Shown one piece after another: positions 56,821 through 64,000 of a DNA stretch of 64,000 bases; positions within the stretch are counted from its first letter, which is position 1; each line of letters starts with the position of its first letter. The translations under genes were made by a program, and so were the position numbers. The stretch is from Candidatus Kaelpia imicola (lineage in GTDB: Bacteria; Omnitrophota; Gorgyraeia; Kaelpiales; Kaelpiaceae). Location: positions 5,686-69,685 of the forward strand of contig JAVCCL010000043.1 of the NCBI GenBank assembly GCA_030765505.1. The letters run 5' to 3'. Below the pieces are notes generated by a model, which ran no database searches, was not told the DNA's origin, and saw only the letters and a program-made list of their open reading frames with translations.

Positions 56821-58728
56821 ATGTTTAAAACTCTTAAAATATATCTTGGCGAAAGAGTAGATTATAGGAGTTTAATCAAAAGTTTCAGCGAATTAGGTTA
56901 CAAGAGAGTGAGTAGTTTAGGTGCCAGAGATGAGTTCTCTTTTAAGGGAGCCGGCATAAGTATATACCCTTCCAGTTATGAATTACCATTGCGAATCGAG
57001 ATAGATGACGATGTTGTATCTTCAATAAGAGTATTTAATCCCCATAGCGGCGATATTTTGGAAGAGCATGGGATGCTGATACTTTTACCTGTAAGACTCT
57101 CTAAGTTAAAAGATAGAGAGAGTCTCTATCTTGAAAGTATACCAATCGAGAATTTTCTCGATATTAAAAGAGGAGACTATGTCGTCCATATTACTCATGG
57201 TCTAGGCAGGTTTCTCGGTATTAAGACCTTAAAAGGAGAAGATTTCTTTTTAATCAAGTATTTCAGAGAAGATAGACTCTATATTCCCGTAAAAGATGCA
57301 GATCTCATTCAGAAGTATCTGGGGTTTGGAGGTAGAGCTCCTAAGTTAAGTAAGCTGGGAAGTAAAGATTGGCAGAGTCTGAAGAGTAAGGCTAAGCGCG
57401 GCATAGAGAGTTTTGCAAAGGATCTGCTCAAAATTCAAGCAGAGAGAGTAACTTTAAAAGGATACTCTTTTTCCAGAGATACAGATTGGCAGAATGATTT
57501 AAAGAACAGTTTTCCCTACAGAGAGACTCTCGGCCAGCTGAAAGCTATAGAAGAAATGAAGAGAGATATGGAATCTATCTCTGCGATGGATAGGTTGATA
57601 TGCGGCGATGTTGGTTATGGTAAGACCGAAGTTGCTTTACGTGCGGCATTTAAAGCTGTCATGGATAATAAACAGGTCTCAATGCTCGTACCTACGACAA
57701 TACTTGCTCAGCAGCATTACCAAAGGTTTACGGAGAGGCTCACGCAGTTTCCGGTTAGGGTTGATATGTTATCAAGATTTAGAACTGAGAAAGAACAAAA
57801 AGAGATTTTGGCTGACTTAAAAGAAGGCAAAATAGATATAATTATCGGGACTCATGGGTTAATATCATCCAATATTGAGTTTAAGGACCTGGGTTTACTT
57901 ATAATAGATGAGGAGCAGAGGTTTGGTGTGATTCAGAAAGAGAAATTTAAACAGTATCGTCAGGTGGTAGACGTTCTGACTCTGACTGCAACGCCGATTC
58001 CGCGTACATTATATCTCTCTCTTGTTGGTATTAAAGATATGTCGGTTATAAATACTCCTCCGGAGGAGAGGTTGCCGGTCAAGGCGTATATCTCTGAATA
58101 TGATGACAATCTAATTAAGCATGTTATCAGAAGAGAGCTTAAAAGAGGAGGCCAGGTATTCTTTGTAAATAATAGGATAAGAGGTATAGAGAGAACGGCG
58201 GCAAAACTAAAAAAATTATTACCTAAGGTAGAGATTGCTGCTGCACATGGAAGGATGGGGAAGAGAGAGCTTGCTGATATTATGGTGAGATTTTTGAATT
58301 CTGAAATAGATGTTTTAGTCTCTACGACCATAATCCAATCCGGAATCGATATCCCTAACGTTAACACTCTGATTGTAAATAGAGCGGATATGTTCGGTTT
58401 AGCAGGACTCTATCAGCTTAAAGGAAGAGTGGGGAGATATAATAGGGCTGCCTATGCATATTTTTTAATACCTAAAGATAAGCCTGTTTCAGGAGATGCT
58501 TCAAGAAGGCTTAAGACTATAATAGAAGAGGCGGATTTAGGTGCAGGGTTTAAAATTGCTATTCGGGATTTAGAGATAAGAGGGGCGGGTAACATATTAG
58601 GGCGAGAACAGCATGGATTCATACAGTCTGTGGGTTTTGATCTTTATTGCAGGCTTCTTAAGCAGGCAATATATAAATTGACAGGAGATGAAATAAAAGA
58701 GAGAATGTTTAGCAAAATCAACAATTGA
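56821..58728 (+). CDS. mfd: Transcription-repair coupling factor, naturally shortened (635 aa)
   Basis: UvrB-like D2 segment, RID (GDYVVH..HGLGRF), GDVGYGKTEVA, DEEQRFG, TATPIPRTL, LYQLKGRVGR and TRG motif DLEIRGAGNILG.EQHG. Confidence 0.88.
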   Translation: MFKTLKIYLGERVDYRSLIKSFSELGYKRVSSLGARDEFSFKGAGISIYPSSYELPLRIEIDDDVVSSIRVFNPHSGDILEEHGMLILLPVRLSKLKDRESLYLESIPIENFLDIKRGDYVVHITHGLGRFLGIKTLKGEDFFLIKYFREDRLYIPVKDADLIQKYLGFGGRAPKLSKLGSKDWQSLKSKAKRGIESFAKDLLKIQAERVTLKGYSFSRDTDWQNDLKNSFPYRETLGQLKAIEEMKRDMESISAMDRLICGDVGYGKTEVALRAAFKAVMDNKQVSMLVPTTILAQQHYQRFTERLTQFPVRVDMLSRFRTEKEQKEILADLKEGKIDIIIGTHGLISSNIEFKDLGLLIIDEEQRFGVIQKEKFKQYRQVVDVLTLTATPIPRTLYLSLVGIKDMSVINTPPEERLPVKAYISEYDDNLIKHVIRRELKRGGQVFFVNNRIRGIERTAAKLKKLLPKVEIAAAHGRMGKRELADIMVRFLNSEIDVLVSTTIIQSGIDIPNVNTLIVNRADMFGLAGLYQLKGRVGRYNRAAYAYFLIPKDKPVSGDASRRLKTIIEEADLGAGFKIAIRDLEIRGAGNILGREQHGFIQSVGFDLYCRLLKQAIYKLTGDEIKERMFSKINN

Positions 58729-59669
58729 ATACGGGGGTCTTTATGAGAAAGTTTTTAACGGTATCAGCGCTGCTCTTGTTGATAGCTAATATCTCCGGGG
58801 CTGTTTTAGTAAATAGAGTAGTAGCCGTAGTTAATGGAGAGGTTATAACCGAGGCTGACCTGGTTCGTTTTGCCAAAAAGATGGCCATAGCTCGGAATAT
58901 AGATTTAGCCCAGATGGATAGAGCTACAGAGGATAAGGTTATCAGGGAGTCGCTCAATGAGTTGATAGAGGATATGCTGGTTCTCTCTTATGCTAAGAGA
59001 TTGGGCTTAGGAATAGATGAAAAGGCGGTTGAGAAAAGAATTGCCGTAATCAAGGATAGTTTTAATACTGAGATGGAATTTTTGAGCAGGCTGGAGAGAG
59101 ATGGTTTAAGCTATGAAAGTCTTTGGCAGAGAATACATAACGATATTCTAAAAACCAAGACTGTTGATTATTTTGTCAAAAGAAAGATAGAGGTTCATCC
59201 TCAAGAGATAGAAAAATACTATCTTGCTAATAAGGATGAATTTATAGCACCTGAGGCATTTAAAGTTGAGAAGATATATGTTAAGAAGGGCGAAAGTAGC
59301 AGGGATAGGATAGACCAGATAAAATTGTTAATCGAAAAAAAAGTGCCATTTAAAGACTTGGCTCAGAATCATAGTGATTCCTTAGCTGATAATGTAAGAG
59401 AAGGGGAGTGGATTCAGAAGGGCAGGATTGGCGAGGAGATAGCCAATGCTATCTTTGGTCTTAATGTTGGAGAGGTAAGTGATATTATAGAGACTGAAGG
59501 TGCTTATTACATATTTAAAGTCGTTGCTAAGTCTGAATCTCACCTGGAAGAGTTAGATAAGGTTAAGGACAAGGTCTATAATCGTCTATATCAGAGAAAA
59601 TTTTCTGAGAAATTTAATAAATTTATCACAGAGCTTAAAGAGGATGCCCAAGTCGATATTAAAATATAA
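58725..59669 (+). CDS. surA: SurA-like periplasmic chaperone / PPIase
   Basis: RVVAVVNGEVIT, EIEKYY and parvulin-like FKDLA..HS...GEVSDIIET; surA-pdxA-rsmA synteny. Confidence 0.8.
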   Translation: MNTGVFMRKFLTVSALLLLIANISGAVLVNRVVAVVNGEVITEADLVRFAKKMAIARNIDLAQMDRATEDKVIRESLNELIEDMLVLSYAKRLGLGIDEKAVEKRIAVIKDSFNTEMEFLSRLERDGLSYESLWQRIHNDILKTKTVDYFVKRKIEVHPQEIEKYYLANKDEFIAPEAFKVEKIYVKKGESSRDRIDQIKLLIEKKVPFKDLAQNHSDSLADNVREGEWIQKGRIGEEIANAIFGLNVGEVSDIIETEGAYYIFKVVAKSESHLEELDKVKDKVYNRLYQRKFSEKFNKFITELKEDAQVDIKI

Positions 59670-60648
59670 GAAGCTCTTGCTCTATACTCTGGGAGATCCG
59701 GCTGGAATAGGTTCTGAGATAATCATTAAATCTTTAAGCCAAAGAGAGGTTCTTAACTCTGCCATACATCTTATAATTGCAGACCATAAATCTATTCTTA
59801 AGGTTACTTCAATCTTAAAATCGAAAGTCAGCTTAAACATAATGACTGGTTTTGATAGTGTTCTCTTAGAAGCCGGTGCTTTGAATATTCTGAACCTCTC
59901 TAATGCGCCGGATGTAGAACTATCTCAGCCTGATGCAGCCTCTGCTAGGGCAAGCCTGGAATACCTTGATAGAGCTGTAGATATAATTAAAGAGCATGGA
60001 TCAGAGATAGCTTCCTTAATAACCCTTCCGGTCTCCAAGGAGGCGATATCTTCATTGGGAGTAGGTTTTAAAGGGCATACAGAATATTTAAAGGAGAGGT
60101 TTAACGTAGATTCTGTATTGATGATATTTTTGACTCCTGTTTTCTATCTCTATCTGGCTACTCGCCATATTCCCCTAAGAGATGTTTCGGCCCATATTGA
60201 TTATCTTGAGCTAAAAGATGCTATTAAAAAGATGGATAGTCTCTTTTCGAAAGTGGATAAGCATAAACCTCGGATAGCTGTTTTAGGTCTCAATCCTCAT
60301 GGAGGCGAGAACGGTATGATAGGAGATGAAGAGGTATTAATTATTAAACCTCTGATAGAAGAGCTGAAGGCAGAGGGTCTAAATATCAATGGTCCTTACC
60401 CCGGAGACGGTTTTTTCAGAAATAGAGAGAGGTTTGACTATGATATTGTTGTCAGTCTTTATCATGATCAGGCGTTGCCTGTAATCAAAGCTCTCTTTGA
60501 CAATACGGTCAACTTTACTCTCGGCCTTCCTTTTTTAAGATTCTCCCCGGATCATGGCCCGGCCTATGACATTGCAGGAGAGGGAATTGCAAATCCGGCC
60601 TCGCTGCTTAAAGCTATTGAATACTCATTAACTCTTAATGTATCTTAA
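59644..60648 (+). CDS. pdxA: 4-hydroxythreonine-4-phosphate dehydrogenase
   Basis: GDPAGIG, GHTEYL, GLNPHGGE, YHDQ and SPDHG.A.DIAG. Confidence 0.92.
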   Translation: MPKSILKYKKLLLYTLGDPAGIGSEIIIKSLSQREVLNSAIHLIIADHKSILKVTSILKSKVSLNIMTGFDSVLLEAGALNILNLSNAPDVELSQPDAASARASLEYLDRAVDIIKEHGSEIASLITLPVSKEAISSLGVGFKGHTEYLKERFNVDSVLMIFLTPVFYLYLATRHIPLRDVSAHIDYLELKDAIKKMDSLFSKVDKHKPRIAVLGLNPHGGENGMIGDEEVLIIKPLIEELKAEGLNINGPYPGDGFFRNRERFDYDIVVSLYHDQALPVIKALFDNTVNFTLGLPFLRFSPDHGPAYDIAGEGIANPASLLKAIEYSLTLNVS

Positions 60649-61456
60649 AGATATTCTTAGACAATATAAGATTAGACCCAATAAGAGGTTGGGTCAGAAT
60701 TTTCTGATATCGGAATATTATTTAAATAAAATAATTGGTTCTATAGCTATTAAAAATGGAGGTTCGATTTTAGAGATCGGCTCTGGAGCTGGAAACCTTA
60801 CCCGGGCTTTAGCTAAAGATGCAGCTTCTATAATAGCGGTTGAGAAAGATGTCAGGCTTTTTGGTGTTTTAACCGATATCTTTAAAGAGAACCCTATTGT
60901 ATCTTTAATCAACGCTGATTTTCTGGCTGTAGATTTGAAGAGTTATTTTAAAAAATATGGCTTTCTGAGAATAGTCGGCAATCTTCCTTACTATATATCT
61001 ACCCAGATAATAGAGAAGATAATAGAGAATAGGAAGATTATTAAAGATGGATATCTTATGCTTCAAAGAGAGTATGTTGAAAGAGTCCTTGCAGTGCCCG
61101 GGAGCAAGAAGTACGGGCGTCTCTCTATATTTGCTCAGACATTTTTAAATCTTAAAAAGCTGTTTAAGGTGCCGAAGAGCTGCTTCTATCCCCAGCCTAA
61201 AGTCGATTCTTATTTTATCTCTTTTAATATTAAAGATAATTGTATTATAGAAGATACAACTGTTCTGTCATTAGTGACCTCTGAGTTTTTTCAAAAGAGA
61301 AGAAAGAAAATAGCGACTATAATTAAAAATTCTAAAATTCTTACTGGACTTAATACTGCTTCTATAATGTATAATTTAGGAATAGATTTAAACCGAAGGC
61401 CTGAACAGCTATTGGTCTGTGAGTATATAGATATTGTTAAGAATATGGAGAAATAA
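60638..61456 (+). CDS. rsmA: 16S rRNA dimethyladenosine transferase
   Basis: LGQNFL, LEIGSGAG, GNLPYYIS, YGRLS and F.P.PKVDS. Confidence 0.95.
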   Translation: MYLKDILRQYKIRPNKRLGQNFLISEYYLNKIIGSIAIKNGGSILEIGSGAGNLTRALAKDAASIIAVEKDVRLFGVLTDIFKENPIVSLINADFLAVDLKSYFKKYGFLRIVGNLPYYISTQIIEKIIENRKIIKDGYLMLQREYVERVLAVPGSKKYGRLSIFAQTFLNLKKLFKVPKSCFYPQPKVDSYFISFNIKDNCIIEDTTVLSLVTSEFFQKRRKKIATIIKNSKILTGLNTASIMYNLGIDLNRRPEQLLVCEYIDIVKNMEK

Positions 61457-62229
61457 TGCATCCTATTATAATACAGTTTGGAAGTTTAGCAATTAGAAGT
61501 TATGGAGTTATGCTGGTTATAGCTTTTTTGACAGCGTTCTATTTAGCAAAGCATGATTCAAAAAGAATCAGCTTGAGCAAAAAGAGTATGGATTCAATTG
61601 CAAACTACCTGCTGCTTGGAGGCTTGCTCGGCGGGAGGGTCTATTACGGTCTCTTCTACGATCCCTACTATTATTTTATAAAGCCATGGGCTCTGCTCTT
61701 TATATGGCAGGGCGGCCTTGCTGTGCATGGTGCCATAATAGGCGGTATCTTATCGCTCTATATTTTTTCAAGGAGAAATAATATTGAGTTTTTAAAGTTA
61801 GCGGATTTTCTTGCACCTCTTCTGTTGCTTGGCCAAGCTATCGGCAGGATAGGCTGTTTTTTAAACGGTTGTTGCTACGGCATACCTACAGAAAAACCAT
61901 GGGGCGTAATCTTTGCCAAGGATAGTATTGCCTATTATCAGTATGGTTTTCAGGCTCTCCATCCGACCCAAATTTACGAATGTATATTATCTCTCATAGG
62001 TTTTGTTTTTCTGTGGGTTATAAGAAGAGATTCGCCTTTTCGTGGTTTTATCTTCTCGCTATACCTTGTATATTACGGTCTGATAAGGTTCTATATATCT
62101 CTATTTAGAGCTGACTCGCTCTATCTCTGGGGCAGCAGTATAAAGGTTGCCTATATCCTAAGTCTGGGTTTGATATTATCCGGGGCAGCAGTATTAACCA
62201 GAGGTGTTTTAAAAGCTAAGAAAAATTAG
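61456..62229 (+). CDS. lgt: Prolipoprotein diacylglyceryl transferase
   Basis: SYG, IWQGGLAVHG, GQAIGRIGCFLNGCCYG and HPTQIYE. Confidence 0.95.
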   Translation: MHPIIIQFGSLAIRSYGVMLVIAFLTAFYLAKHDSKRISLSKKSMDSIANYLLLGGLLGGRVYYGLFYDPYYYFIKPWALLFIWQGGLAVHGAIIGGILSLYIFSRRNNIEFLKLADFLAPLLLLGQAIGRIGCFLNGCCYGIPTEKPWGVIFAKDSIAYYQYGFQALHPTQIYECILSLIGFVFLWVIRRDSPFRGFIFSLYLVYYGLIRFYISLFRADSLYLWGSSIKVAYILSLGLILSGAAVLTRGVLKAKKN

Positions 62230-62317
62230 CAGCTCTGTATTCTCTGCTTTTTTAAAATAGTTTTTTAGGTTATAATTTAGCCGAAAATATTTAAGAAGTA
62301 TGGAGTTGATTTAAATT

Positions 62318-62770
62318 ATGGAGATAGAGAAAGCAAGGGTAGAAAACGGAGTTGATATATATAACCTCATCAATGAAGCGGCCAAAGAGTATGATGTTCT
62401 GCCGCGTGCCCTGGGTTATATATATGAAAATATACGGGATTTTTGGGTCATCAGCGGTAAGAATGAAATTATAGGTTGTATAGCCTTACACTTTACCTGG
62501 GAGGATTTGGCTGAGATTAAGTCCTTGGTTTTAGACAGTAGCTTTAAAGGGGATAATATGGGTGCCTCTTTAATTGTAGAGGCTCTTAGAGAGGCTCAAA
62601 GATACAAAGTTAAAAAGGTATTTGTGCTTACTTTTATTCCTGAATATTTTAAAAAATTTGGATTTGAAAAGGTTGATAAATCAAAGTTACCTCATAAAAT
62701 TTGGGCTGAGTGTATCAACTGTCCTAAATTTCCGAACTGCAATGAAGAGGCAATGATAAAGGAGTTGTAA
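62318..62770 (+). CDS. GNAT N-acetyltransferase (short ArgA-like amino-acid acetyltransferase)
   Basis: LPR...IYENIRDF, WEDLAEIKSL, VFVLT and LPHKIWAECINCPKFPNCNE.A. Confidence 0.8.
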   Translation: MEIEKARVENGVDIYNLINEAAKEYDVLPRALGYIYENIRDFWVISGKNEIIGCIALHFTWEDLAEIKSLVLDSSFKGDNMGASLIVEALREAQRYKVKKVFVLTFIPEYFKKFGFEKVDKSKLPHKIWAECINCPKFPNCNEEAMIKEL

Positions 62771-62772
62771 AG

Positions 62773-64000
62773 ATGGGTATGACTTTAGCAGAGAAGATAT
62801 TGGCCAAACATAGCGGTAAGAGAAAGGTTAATCCCGGTGAGTACATTCTTGCCGGAGTCGATCTCTCTTTTGCAAACGATATTACTGCCCCGCTTGCAAT
62901 AAAAGAGTTTAAAAAGACAAAAAAGAGATTATTCTCCAGGAAGAAAGTTGCCTTGATACCGGACCATTTTACTCCTAATAAGGATATTAGATCGGCTCAG
63001 CAGGCTAAGATTTTAAGAGATTTTGCCAGAGAAGAAAAAATAGAAAATTATTTTGAGATAGGAGATGTTGGTATTGAACATGCTTTACTTCCCGAACGTG
63101 GTTTTATAAAACCCGGAGATTTGGTAATAGGGGCTGATTCCCATACCTGTACTCATGGAGCTCTGGGTGCTTTTGCAACAGGAGTAGGGAGTACTGATAC
63201 AGCCTTCTCCTGGGTGAGTGGAAAATGCTGGTTAAAAGTACCTCAGACAATAAAATTTATCTATAAAGGAAGATTAAATAAATGGGTGACAGGTAAAGAT
63301 ATTATACTCTTTACAATAGGTGATATCGGAGTAGATGGAGCTTTATATAAGGCGATGGAATTTACAGGCCCTGCAATAAGAAGGTTGAGTATGGATGGAC
63401 GTTTTACAATGTCAAATATGGCAATTGAAGCAGGGGGTAAGGTTGGGATAATAGAGCCTGACGAGGTAACCCTGGAGTATTTAAAAGGCAGAATAGATAA
63501 TGCGGTATATAAGAGATTGAAAAATAATATAGATTATCTTAAGAGCGATAAAGATGCTCTTTACAGCGAAATAAGAGAGTATGATATCTGCAGCTTAGAG
63601 CCTGTTGTATCCTGCCCTCATCTGCCTAGCAACGTAAAGGAAGTCTCTGAGCTAAAAAATGTCAGAATAGACCAGGCTGTTATAGGTTCTTGCACCAATG
63701 GAAGGATGGAAGATTTAAGGTTGGCGGCTAAAGTTCTTAAAGGCAGAAAGGTTAATTCTAAAGTTAGGCTATTGATATTTCCTGCAACACAGAAAATATA
63801 TCTTGATGCTTTAGCCGAAGGTCTGTTGAATATATTTGTGAAATCTGGAGCTGTGATATCGCCTCCAACTTGCGGGCCTTGTCTTGGCGGGCATATGGGA
63901 GTCTTAGCAGAAGGTGAAGTTGCAATTGCAACAACAAACAGAAATTTTGTTGGTAGAATGGGACATATTAAGTCAAGTGTATATCTATCTAATCCTGCGG
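62773..64000 (+). CDS. leuC: 3-isopropylmalate dehydratase large subunit (aconitase family), 3' truncated by the window
   Basis: Not in the ORF track. MGMTLAEKIL, DHF.P, GIEHALLPE, GADSHTCTHGALG, RFTMSNMAIEAG, IGSCTNGR, CGPCLGGH and TTNRNF.GRMG. Confidence 0.92.
   Translation, partial: MGMTLAEKILAKHSGKRKVNPGEYILAGVDLSFANDITAPLAIKEFKKTKKRLFSRKKVALIPDHFTPNKDIRSAQQAKILRDFAREEKIENYFEIGDVGIEHALLPERGFIKPGDLVIGADSHTCTHGALGAFATGVGSTDTAFSWVSGKCWLKVPQTIKFIYKGRLNKWVTGKDIILFTIGDIGVDGALYKAMEFTGPAIRRLSMDGRFTMSNMAIEAGGKVGIIEPDEVTLEYLKGRIDNAVYKRLKNNIDYLKSDKDALYSEIREYDICSLEPVVSCPHLPSNVKEVSELKNVRIDQAVIGSCTNGRMEDLRLAAKVLKGRKVNSKVRLLIFPATQKIYLDALAEGLLNIFVKSGAVISPPTCGPCLGGHMGVLAEGEVAIATTNRNFVGRMGHIKSSVYLSNPA

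Overview
A 64 kb, AT-rich, gene-dense bacterial chromosome segment in genetic code 11, coded almost entirely on the + strand. The organism is diderm (lptD, hldD, secretin, outer-membrane barrel) and probably an anaerobe (pta-ackA, flavodoxin, thyX). Gene content (TMTC-like TPR protein, alginate-export barrel, many pilins) resembles Ca. Omnitrophota/PVC, but this is inference only. Housekeeping blocks are glnS; rsmD-coaD-pta-ackA-yceD-rpmF-plsX-fabHDG-acpP-fabF; tal-lptD-thyX-hldD; gpsA-tRNA-Pro-rsfS-argS-mfd-surA-pdxA-rsmA-lgt-GNAT-leuC. The most unusual system is a split type IV filament (T4P/T2SS-like) machine. Locus 1 (11.8-24.7 kb) holds a pilin glycosyltransferase, PilB, PilC, a PilM-PilN fusion, PilO and seven prepilins. 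Four of these are 'double-headed' (two tandem GspG-like modules), and two of the four carry a LamG/ConA-like domain inserted inside the second module. Locus 2 (47.2-53.4 kb) holds a BldC/MerR-like mini-HTH preceded by phased 10-bp direct repeats, a PilP-like protein and a 1715-aa secretin with about 21 TPR-like modules fused C-terminally. Other notable items are an apparently functional tRNA-Leu with the rare A34 anticodon AAG, a 635-aa minimal Mfd, a FIST(NosP)-kinase-GGDEF operon divergent from the pilus locus, an orphan MalK next to two membrane diguanylate cyclases, a hicA toxin killed by one nonsense change, and a stand-alone ISL3 zinc-finger/HTH gene. All assignments come from motif recognition by eye; no searches were run.
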